From assembly GCA_002269645.1 (NCBI GenBank), contig NIVC01000597.1, positions 1 to 64,000 on the forward strand: a stretch of 64,000 bases of DNA, in the 5' to 3' direction. Below, one piece after another: positions 39,201 to 50,700 of this stretch (the first letter of the stretch is position 1; each line of letters opens with the position of its first letter). This stretch comes from Macrostomum lignano (Eukaryota). A program made the position numbers and the translations under genes. Below the pieces are notes generated by a model that worked only from the letters and a program-made list of their open reading frames with translations, had not been told where the DNA came from and did not search any database.

Positions 39201-40317
39201 CGACATCTGACGCTGCCCTCCTGCAGGCACACACCGGAAGTCACACCGTAGGTATTGGGTTTGTCTCCTGCCCTGTCAACAAGCAAACGAAACTGATGTG
39301 CGGTGTTGTCAAGGCAAATAAAATGATATTGTCATCTGAAACCTGTTAGTTCGTAAAAATTCTCTCTTGTACTCGGGTTATCCGTTTGCTGATGAGGTAT
39401 TTACCCATGGTATAAAATTTACTTAGTTTTCATCACTCTTTGTTGATCGTGTCTGCAGGAGTTCCGCGGTATCTTTCGTTTTCTATTGCTTCCCAAATGC
39501 AACATTACCTTTCGTTGGATACAGGGATTCACTCGATTGAGATTCTGGCTAGATTAAATCTTCACGACTGCTGTCAGTAGACAGGGATGTAGCATCCCAT
39601 ATAAAATTATCCCTGGTCACTGCGTTACGGATGCAGCAGACACGAAGGGGAGCATCACACGCCTTGGCTTAGTTGCTTGCCAAGGCAAAATAATTTGTTA
39701 ACAAGGAGCTGGAGCATAGCCGAGCTACAGTAAGACTAACTGCATACATGCAAATCTACATGTAAGCTTAAGAAAGTCTAACCCAAGAGACACAGACGTT
39801 AGTGAGTCTGGCCCAATGCATTGCATTGATGGCGCACACACGCATGCAGATGCAGAGCTGGCTGTAAAACTCTTGGACCATGCAGTCAAAGCTTCTTTGT
39901 CTCAGCCAATGCTGCTGGGCGAGGAGGCCTATTCAGTAAGGATTGCCCAGCAAGCCCCCGTGTCAGCGGAGCTGATCGCGCAGCTGTCACAGTTCAGTAA
40001 CTTCAGGAACTCCGGGCTTCGCCTTCATTGTCTTGCTCGGCCCTGAAACGTCTGTCAAAATCACCCCACAAGTTTCTAGGCCTCGACTCTAATTCTATTT
40101 ACACGCGGTGGCCGAGTGATAGAACCTCTTCCCCCGCAAGTTGCCTGCAGCCAATCAGACAGATGAGGCATCGCCGCGTTGGCATGGGAACCCGCATCAC
40201 CTAATACCCCATTTGGTTGTTTTTAAATACCCGGCCGCTTGGATGAAGGCCGAGCGCTTCCATCAAAAGCTTCAAGACGACTTATACCCCTGCTAACAAA
40301 CTGCTTTGGCTTCAACC

Positions 40318-41772
40318 ATGTTTCTGCTCTTTCTGCTTCTCATCGGTAAGGCTGTTTAGCTCCTTCAGTCAGTTTGTGATTGTCTCTGTCTCCACTGCGA
40401 TTTCTCAAAACCTTGCAGGACTTGTTGGTCTAACGGCGGCCGAAAACCCTACCGGCGAGGTGTTCCATCTGAAGCAGGCACCCGCCGGCTCGGTTGTCGT
40501 GGAGAAGAATGTCTGCAAGTCAGTGCACACTCTCCGGGACATTCGAAGCAGCACCGAGTGCATCTTCAGGGCCAGCAGCTCCGGCTTCTCGGCTGCGGAC
40601 TTCAAGGACGGAGTCTGTCAGATAATTAAACTGGAGACCCTGGCGTTCAATGAATCAAACGAGTGCGATTTTAAAAATGAAATTCGAGCTGGTCCTGATG
40701 AAGTATTCTTGTCAGAAAATTTCGAATCCCAGCTAGCCAAGGCCATCTACCTGCATGCCTATAAAAGTGAGATTTTGTTCATTTCATTCTTGCTTGTCAA
40801 CTACCAGCGTAGTATCTGTTGTTCAGTTTTGAACGGCAGCGCTCACAGAGGAGCTGACCCGCATTCCAGACAGCAGCTCGGGCCGGACCGGCTCCATCCA
40901 GACCCTGACGGTGAACGAGACCGGCTGCTACCGCATGGAGGCGCTCGGAGCCAGAGGCGGCAGCACCAACCCGGCCTTCAGCCCCGTCTACACCGGCGGA
41001 TTCGGGGCCCGCATCGGAGGCAGCTTCAACCTGACGGCGGGAACGCAGCTCAGCCTGGTGATCGGACAGCGGGGCAGCGACCCCTCTCAATCGAGTTCCA
41101 GCGGCCCATCTGGCGGCGGCGGCGGCACCTTCGTGTACCGGAGCTCGGACAACCTGCTGTACCTGGCTGCCGGCGGAGGCGGTGGCGGCGCGGCTGGATT
41201 CAACGGTGATTAAAATTGTGCCTCTCCTGACATTTGCTTTATCATCTGCGTGCACATGCAGAACTTGCCGTCTTTCCCGCTTCAACACCGCAGGACGGAA
41301 CGGATCGGCCGGCCCGAACGGAAGCGGCTCCGTCGGCTCCGTGTCGGCCTCCTACATCGGCTCTGGCGGTGCGAGCGGACAGCCCGGGAGCTACGGACCG
41401 TCACTCAGCTCGTGGAGGGGAGGCCTGGGAGCCGGCTGGCTGGGAGCCGCCAACGCCAGGACCAGCACTTGCTCCGGCGATCGAGGAGGCGGCATCGGCC
41501 AGGGCTGGGTCGGCGGCGTCGCCACCACTCATTCCAACGTGGGCGCCGTCGGAGGCTTCGGCGGAGGCGGAGGCGGCAGCCACTCAATCGGCTCTTCCGG
41601 AGCCGGCGGCGGCTTCAGTGGCGGCGGAGCCGGCAGTCAAGGCACGCAAGCCGGCGGCGGCGGCGGCTCCTTCTGCTCCGGCGTCGGCTGCAGCGGCGAG
41701 TCGGGCGGCAACTCGCTCAGCGACAGCGGCCTGCTGCTGTTCGGCCTGATCCGCTACGGCAGCTGCGACTGA
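40318..41772 (+). CDS. Secreted protein: signal peptide, PAN/apple-like segment, ALK/LTK-like glycine-rich domain; 4 exons
   Basis: Exons 40318-40345, 40419-40766, 40840-41205, 41294-41772 (phase 1 throughout). MFLLFLLLIGLVGLTAA signal peptide; IQTLTVNETGCYRMEALGARGG...GGFGARIGGSFNLTAGTQLSLVIGQRG and GGGGGTFVY...LYLAAGGGGG are typical of the ALK/LTK glycine-rich domain. No TM segment before the stop. Confidence 0.8.
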
Positions 41773-42644
41773 GCCGGCCATGCCTTCTACTGGAGGCAAA
41801 AAGATAAAATTTTGTGGCTTGGATGACTCTGACAACTTGGCGTTTGAGTTTAGGACAGGTTTGAGTTTTTGAGAGTTTTTACGTCACAGATTTAAGTTGA
41901 TGCTGAGCTGATCTCTAATGAAGCTGATAAAGAACTTGATATCAGATTTTTTTAATGCTAATCTTTACTTGATATTGTTCTGATCGGAAGTTTAATAACT
42001 TAAGAATCGCTGGTTTTTGCTGATGGAATTAGAGAACAAAGATAGCAGTTACCAGTTAATGACCGTTGCATGCCTGAAATTTGTTTATTTTTGTATTTTT
42101 GCTAAGGCTGTCTATTTTTTGAAGATAATTATTTTGCAAACCTTGCTGTAGCTGACACACGCGTATTTGAATTCTTTGTTGTTAAACTGCCTATCTGATT
42201 TTACTGTTTATGGAATATTTCTTTTTTTGTGTATATTTACGTATATCATGAATATTTATGCAACTTTTTGTAACCCCCCCCCCTAATGCCCTAAAGCAAA
42301 TTAATCTTTTCAACTGATTGTTTTAAAACTTTCAATGTAATTCTAGTTTTGCTTTTTGCCTAAACTCGCGATTTTTTGCAACTATAAGCTATTTTACTCG
42401 TTCATATACGCTGTTTCCTAATGCTGCCATATTTAACTTTTGCTTTAAGCTGTGTTTAGTTAAGTCGATAATAAGGTGGCAAAATTTTATTTTCTGTAGC
42501 CAATGTAAACGTGAAAACTTGTCGCTAAAATTGTTAAATTCTTTTTTTTTGGAGCACAATAAACAGAGCTTATAGTTTTCTAAAATAAAATCACTGATTC
42601 TATCAATTAACCAATCATATCGCTTTTCATTGATTTTATTAGAG

Positions 42645-42874
42645 GCCCACTCTGCCGACTCCCCTGAGCAGGCACACACTCACACAGGAGTGTACAGCGG
42701 CCCTAACTTTATTTATCGTTAGGCATGTACACTTCACTCAAGCTCGGAGTTAATTGCACGAGCAGAGCCAAGCCGAGATTCCAATTCAGCCCCAAATTAA
42801 TGTGACTGCACTTGGAATCGAGCCTGGGCCGCTGGCACACCAGAGCCTGCGTTGGACGACCAGGCTACGGCCCC
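42645..42874 (-). mobile_element. SINE family 2 copy, internally deleted and 3'-truncated
   Basis: Same head and GCAGTCACATTAATTTGGGGCTGAATTGGAATCTC...AGGGCCGCTGTACAC body. Confidence 0.85.
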
Positions 42875-43671
42875 TTATAATTAAAAGACCATGCTGATTC
42901 AACACAATAACTGATTTTTATAATCTGTCAGAAATATCGATGAAGCTTATAATTTATTCTGCAGCACCACAACACACATTAAACACAATGGTACATTGAA
43001 TTTGTTTAGAATCTGATTACGAAACGAGTTTAATAAAAATTCAAAAACTGTATGGGATATAATTATTAATCAGAAATGGACGCACAGCAACAAAGCACTT
43101 TTATTGTGTTGGTAACGGTAGGGCAGGGGTTGTAAAAGCACACAAAAATTCGCCGCAAACAATCGATGCAAATTAGAATAATAATAAGGGCTTAAAAAAT
43201 AAATCAAATTTGATTTAATTAAACTGAAGGTCCACAGAATCGGAGCAGCATGTATCAGTGGTCATTGTACAAAGAGCATTATATTACTAGTAAAAAAACA
43301 AACACTTAATTTTATATCATTCTGAGCAAACTAACAAACTTGTAAAAAACAGTTCTAATTGTCCATAATTTATTGTAAGGGAAGCTCTATGAACAATAAG
43401 ACGAACTAAATATTCGAATATTGTAGTTGTAAATAAATAAAAATTTGTTAATTTTTGACACTTATTAAAAGTTCGTTCTCGCAGTACCTTAAAATGGTTG
43501 TAGCTTATCATGTTTGTATTTATTAAATCGTAGCATACATGTATACTACATTTTGATTTCTGATTTTAGTATTTGTTTGAATCTTGCCCGACAGTTAGAC
43601 CAAAACTTTTACAGTATAGTTTTAGGCGACAGGAGTTTCAATGGGCCACTGTTCAGTTTGCAGTTTAGTGG

Positions 43672-44150
43672 CAGAGTTTGGGGTGGGGGTCGTGGCGGAG
43701 TTTGGGGTGGGGGTCGTGGCGGAGTTTAGGGTGGGGGTCGTGGCGGAGTTTGGGGTGGGGGTCGTGGCGGAGTTTGGGGTGGGGGTCGTGGCGGAGTTTG
43801 GGGTGGGGGTCGTGGCGGAGTTTAGGGTGGGGGTCGTGGCGGAGTTTGGAGTGGAGGCAGAGCTTGAGTTGGGGTTGTGGCGGTGGTGGGCCACTGCACA
43901 GTTTGGGGTGGGGGTCGTGGCGGGCCACTGCACAGTTTGGGGTGGGGGTCGTGGCGGGCCACTGCACAGTTTGGGGTGGGGGTCGTGGTGGGCCACTGCA
44001 CAGTTTGGGGTGGGGGTCGTGGCGGGCCACTGCACAGTTTGGGGTGGGGGTCGTGGCGGGCCACTGCACAGTTTGGGGTGGGGGTCGTGGTGGGCCACTG
44101 CACAGTTTGGGGTGGGGGTCGTGGCGGGCCACTGCACAGTTTGGGGTGGG
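43672..44150. repeat. G-rich 24-bp then 33-bp minisatellite sharing TTTGGGGTGGGGGTCGTGG
   Basis: Two related unit lengths in tandem. Confidence 0.93.
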
Positions 44151-44768
44151 TTCGCTGTGTTTTGGATATGCTGAAATGACCAGCTGTTAAACACACTAGC
44201 TGTCAAATAAATCAAATTGCTGGCACAAGTCAACGGCCCTGATGGCAGACATAAATATAAACTACTAACAAAAATAGCACAATTCTTCTACTCATAGAAA
44301 TCTGTATATAGCACGATATTTGATAAATATTTATAACAAAAAAGGGGTCACATCTGGATAAGCCAGTAAGGGAATGGAGAGTCCAAATTCATACATACAT
44401 TTATATATAATGTGTAAGCATAAATAATTAATTTTTTAGCACCTTAGCTTCGCAATTTGAAACTATGAAACAAAGTGAAGTTGAGGGGGGGGCCCAGGCA
44501 ATGTAAAATTTTCATTCCTATAAGATTCAAAGCTTTACCTAAGTATGTTAAGCTACGAAGACACTATGGGTAAAAGGCGGAAGTAAATTTACAATTTTTT
44601 AATATATAAGCGCTTCGTCATCTACTTAGTGCTTGGCAACTAACAGGAAATAACACTGATAGAAGATTGTTGTACTAACAATCATATTTTCACCTGAAGT
44701 TTATCAAACCCCTAATATAGCGGGTAACTGACGTCATCCGGAGATCAAATTAGCCAGTTGACAGGTTG

Positions 44769-47700
44769 TCAGGGCAGCGGCACAATCACCTCCACGTAGT
44801 TGACAGGGAAGAAGCCGCGCTTGCCTTTCAGTTCGCCTTCGAACCAGTTCTCGTCTACCTGGGCAATTAGTTGGATTACGTCACCCTCGTCGAATGCCAG
44901 CTCGGTGTTGTTCTCGGCGGTGAAGGTGAACAGAGCCCGGCAGGTGGGCGTGCCCGACTTCGCTGCGAAGGGAGGGAGGGGCAGTGAGTGGGTGACTCTG
45001 TGCGGCCCAAAGTGTCTGGAGCGTAAGCGCTGCTGCGAGGAAAAATTGAACTTAGAGAAAAATAGGGGGAAAGGAGGTAGGAGTGTTAATGGATGTAGGA
45101 AAGGAAAAGGGGGAGACAGAGGAGAGAGGAGGGAAAGAGAGGAAAAGAGAGGGGAAAAAGAGGGAAAGAGAGGGGAAAGAGAGGGGAAAGAGAGGGGAAA
45201 GAGAGGGGAAAGAGAGGGAAAAGAGAGGAGAAAGAGAGGGTAAAGAGAGGGAAAGAGAGGGTAAAGAGAGGGAAAGAGAGGGTAAAGAGAGGGAAAGAGA
45301 GGGTAAAGAAAGGAAAGAGGGGGAGAGGGAAAAGAGAGGAAAGAGAGGAAAGAGGGGGAGAGGGGAAAGAGGGGGAGGGGAAAAGAGGGGAAAGAGGAAA
45401 GAGGGGGAGGGGGAAAGAGGGGAAGGGGAAAAGAGGGGAAAGAGGGGGAGAGGGGAAAGAGGGGGAAGGGGAAAAGAGAGGAAAGAGAGGAAAGAGGGGG
45501 AAGGGGAAAAGAGGGGAAAGAGAGGAAAGAGGGGAGAGGGGAAAAGAGGGGAAAGAGGAAAGAGGGGGAGGGGGGAAAGAGGGGGAAGGGGAAAAGAGGG
45601 GAAAGAGGGGGAGAGGGGAAAGAGGGGGAAGGGGAAAAGAGAGGAAAGAGAGGAAAGAGGGGGAAGGGGAAAAGAGGGGAAAGAGAGGAAAGAGGGGAGA
45701 GGGAAAAGAGGGGAGAGGGAAAAGAGAGGAAAGAGAGGAAAGAGGGGGAGAGGGGAAAGAGGGTGAAGGGGAAAAGAGAGGAAAGAGAGGAAAGAGGGGG
45801 AAGGGGAAAGAGGGGAAAGAGAGGAAAGAGGGGGAGAGGGGAAGAGAGAAAGAGAGCAACCAAAAAGCCCCCCGGAATAGCCAGAGCACCTGCAGTCGCT
45901 CACCCTGCAGTCGAGGCTTGACGCTGATGGCTGGGCCGGCTGGCTCCTGCGATTTGTCATTAGCCGACAATCGCCACGCATCGCCGCCGCTGCCTCCTCC
46001 GGCGCCGCCGATTGCTCCGGCGCCGCCGATTGCTCCGGCGCCGGCGCTGGCGCCAAATCTGGCGCCGCTCTGGTCGCTACTAATGCTGCTGCTTTTAGAG
46101 GCGCCGCGTACAACTGGCCGGAACGGCACGTGCTCGGACTTGGGCCGACTAGCGGCCTGGGAGCGCCTGTTGTAAATTCGGAAAATTATTTTAAAATTCA
46201 ATTCATCCTACTAATACAATAGGAGCAGAAGTTTATAATTTTCATGAATTGAAAATTGACGCACTTTGTTTCCAATCTAGTCTGCAGATTTGATAGAATC
46301 CGACAGGCTTCCTGATGATAGACCAGCTCGGCTGAGACCAGCTCGTACATGGCCGAGACGTGTTCAGCCTGCGAGGTGATTTAATGTTGATAGGCATTAT
46401 CTTTGTTTGCACTGTATGTTGTAATTGGAGAGACCGGTATTTAATTGCAATATTTAAGTTATAGTTTTAAGTTTAATTAGTTTTAAGTTTAGGTTTAGGT
46501 TAAGAGCTTAGATTAGGTTTTAGGTTAGGATTTATGTTAGCGTTTAGGCTAACGCTTAGTTGAGGGTTTAGGTTAAGATTTGGGTTAGGATTTAGGTTAG
46601 CGTTTAGGCTAAGGCTTAGGTGAGGGTTTAGGTTAGGATTTAGGTTAGGATTTAGGTTAGCGTTTAGGCTAAGGCTTAGGTGAGGGTTTAGGTTAGGGTT
46701 TAGGTTAGGATTTAGGTTAGGATTTATGTTAGCGTTTAGGCTAAGGCTTAGGTTATGGTTTAATTTAGGGTTTATATATTAAGGCTCAGGGTAAGGTTTC
46801 GGTTTCGGTTTAGGTTAGGATTTATATTAAGGTTTGGGTCAAGGTTTAGGTTAGGGTTTAGCTAGGGCTTAGGTTGGGTCGGCGGTCGAATTGTCGGTAG
46901 TCAAATGGCTGGTAAGTCAAACACTCATCAATATTGAATATTAACTGTTAAATTTCGTTAGCTCCAAAAATAAGAATCGACGTGCCATGACACTCGTAAA
47001 GCACAAAAACCGTTTCTTGGAAAAATGTTATGAAGGCTCTTATTTTCTGAAAGTCTAGAATTCTTCCATAAAGTGTTGATTATAAAGACTATGCTAAAAG
47101 GAATAACAGTTCCCTCTTAATCACAACTTCATGTAAATGAACCACCATTTGCGTGTAAGCTACTTACCCAAGCTAATTGCATTTTGAGCCTTCAAAAAGT
47201 TTCCAAGAAACAATAAAGCGTATCATCCTTATCATTTTACTCATATTGATCTGATTGTTAGTCAGTTCAATAAAATAATATAACTTGAAACTTGTCTACT
47301 AATAGTAGAACAAAAAATATTCGTTTTGAATTTACATCAGAATTCAAAAAATTGACCATCGCATTTTCTGCCAAATTTTTCGATTCGACGAATTTATCTT
47401 CGGCCGCGTGCAAATCGTCTTCGTTTGGTCTGCTGCCGCCTGGATTAGGGAAGAATTGGGGGGGGGGAATTGATAGGTAGAACAATTAACAGACTAATTT
47501 TTTGAAATAATCTGTTTTCTGTCCAGCAAAATTTGGGCAATTAAAATCTGCATACGCTCGTACAAGAATTGGCGCTAATTGCATGCAATAAAAGTTGCGC
47601 TTTATGGAGCACTAGCGAAGTTAAAAATTCCTTTGATGCTTCTGTCTAACAGGTGATGCTCCTGTCTAACAGACGATATTCCTGTCTAACAGGTGATGCT

Positions 47701-50700
47701 CCTGTCTAACAGGTGATGCTTCTGTCTAACAGGTGATGCTCCTGTCTAACAGACGATACTCCTGTCTAACAGGTGATGCTCCTGTCTAACAGGTGATGCT
47801 TCTGTCTAACAGGTGATGCTCCTGTCTAACAGACGATACTCCTGTCTAACAGGTGATGCTCCAGTCTAACAGGTGATGCTCCTGTCTAACAGACGATACT
47901 CCTGTCTAACAGGTGATGCTCCTGTGTAACACGTGATGCTTCTGTCTAACAGGTGATGCTCCTGTCTAACAGGTGATGCTCCTGTCTAACAGGTGATGCT
48001 CTAGTCTAACAGGTGATGCTCTAGTCTAACAGGTGATGCTCTAGTCTAACAGGTGATGCTCTAGTCTAACAGGTGATGCTCTAGTCTAACAGGTGATGCT
48101 CTAGTCTAACAGGTGATGCTCTAGTCTAACAGGTGATGCTCTAGTCTAACAGGTGATGCTCCAGTCTAACAGGTGATGCTCCTGTCTAACAGGTGATGCT
48201 CCTGTCTAACAGGTGATGCTTCTGTCTAACAGGTGATGCTTCTGTCTAACAGGTGATGCTTCTGTCTAACAGGTGATGATCCTGTCTAACAGGTGATGCT
48301 CTAGTCTAACAGGTGATGCTCTAGTCTAACAGGTGATGATCCTGTCTAACAGGTGATGCTCTAGTCTAACAGGTGATGCTCTAGTCTAACAGGTGATGAT
48401 CCTGTCTAACAGGTGATGCTCTAGTCTAACAGGTGATGATCCTGTCTAACAGGTGATGCTCCTGTCTAACAGGTGATGCTTCTGTCTAACAGGTGATGCT
48501 CCTGTCTAACAGGTGATGCCCCTGTCTAACAGGTGATGATTCTGTCTAACAGGTGATGCTCCAGTCTAACAGGTGATGCTTCTGTCTAACAGGTGATGCT
48601 TCTGTCTAACAGGTGATGCCCCTGTCTAACAGGTGATGCTCCTGTCTAACAGGTGATGCTTCTGTCTAACAGGTGATGATCCTGTCTAACAGGTGATGCC
48701 CCTGTCTAACAGGTGATGCTTCTGTCTAACAGGTGATGCTCCAGTCTAACAGGTGATGCTTCTGTCTAACAGGTGATGCTTCTGTCTAACAGGTGATGCT
48801 CCTGTCTAACAGGTGATGCTTCTGTCTAACAGGTGATGCTTCTGTCTAACAGGTGATGCTCTAGTCTAACAGGTGATGCTCTAGTCTAACAGGTGATGCT
48901 CCTGTCTAACAGGTGATGCTTCTGTCTAACAGGTGATGCTCCTGTCTAACAGGTGATGCTCCTGTCTAACAGGTGATGCTCTAGTCTAACAGGTGATGAT
49001 CCTGTCTAACAGGTGATGCTCTAGTCTAACAGGTGATGCTCTAGTCTAACAGGTGATGATCCTGTCTAACAGGTGATGTTCTAGTCTAACAGGTGATGAT
49101 CCTGTCTAACAGGTGATGCTCCTGTCTAACAGGTGATGCTTCTGTCTAACAGGTGATGCTTCTGTCTAACAGGTGATGATCCTGTCTAACAGGTGATGCT
49201 CTAGTCTAACAGGTGATGCTCTAGTCTAACAGGTGATGATCCTGTCTAACAGGTGATGCTCTAGTCTAACAGGTGATGCTTCTGTCTAACAGGTGATGCT
49301 TCTGTCTAACAGGTGATGCTTCTGTCTAACAGGTGATGCTCCTGTCTAACAGGTGATGCCCCTGTCTAACAGGTGATGCTTCTGTCTAACAGGTGATGCT
49401 CCAGTCTAACAGGTGATGCTTCTGTCTAACAGGTGATGCTTCTGTCTAACAGGTGATGCTCCAGTCTAACAGGTGATGCTTCTGTCTAACAGGTGATGCT
49501 TCTGTCTAACAGGTGATGCTCTAGTCTAACAGGTGATGCTCTAGTCTAACAGGTGATGCTTCTGTCTAACAGGTGATGATCCTGTCTAACAGGTGATGCT
49601 CCTGTCTAACAGGTGATGCTTCTGTCTAACAGGTGATGCTCCTGTCTAACAGGTGATGCCCCTGTCTAACAGGTGATGATTCTGTCTAACAGGTGATGCT
49701 CCAGTCTAACAGGTGATGCTTCTGTCTAACAGGTGATGCTTCTGTCTAACAGGTGATGCTCTAGTCTAACAGGTGATGCTCTAGTCTAACAGGTGATGCT
49801 CCTGTCTAACAGGTGATGCTCTAGTCTAACAGGTGATGCTCCTGTCTAACAGGTGATGCTCTAGTCTAACAGGTGATGCTCTAGTCTAACAGGTGATGCT
49901 CTAGTCTAACAGGTGATGCTCCTGTCTAACAGATGATGTTTTTGTCTAACAAGCTTTGCAGGGATGTTGAGTAAAATGGATTAAAAAATACTGATCTATT
50001 TCAAAAGTATACAGGCTTCCTAGATACCTTACCTTCCCCTGCAATTCAGTAAGGTACATGTAGTTGGTGAACAAATTATCAAATTTGTAATAATCTGCAG
50101 TTTCCGATCATGATATTGATAATAAGGTATTTACCTTTACGCTTCTTACAGTCGAAGTCTAGTCGACGACCTTCCAGCTTCTTGAGATGATGCTAAAATT
50201 ATTATACAAGAATAAAGCTTAGTTTACACTATTGGAGAGCATTTAAAAAATTAAATAAAACTAGACTCACATTAATCTCTTTCAGATCGCGATTCTGCAT
50301 GGCGGTGAATGGGTCTAGAAAATTCTGCTTAACACTGTCCTCTAGGCTGTATTTGATCTCAGCCATCTGCTTGTAGGCCTCACCGCTGTCAATGAGGGCT
50401 TCACCTGGATTAAGTTAAACAGAAACGCTTGCTGACTCATTTCTGTACACCTTGATCAAACCGCTTTTAAATGACTTGGAGGTAACTGACTCAAATAGCT
50501 GGAGGTAACTGACTCAAATAGCTGGAGGTAACTGACTCAAATGGCAGAAGGTAACTGACTCAAATGGCTGGAGGTAACTGACTCAAATGGCTGGAGGTAA
50601 CTGACTCAAATGGCTGGAGGTAACTGACTCAAATAGCTGGAGGTAACTGACTCAAATGGCAGAAGGTAACTGACTCAAATGGCTGGAGGTAACTGACTCA

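Noticed and set aside
39300-40060. Upstream exons for the inverted glycine-rich fragment, or a retroelement relic
   Set aside because: No frame resembles exons 1-3 of the paralog, and no clear RT motif.
47632-49950. Regular repeat arrays as CRISPR
   Set aside because: Head-to-tail units with no unique spacers, no cas genes, eukaryotic context.
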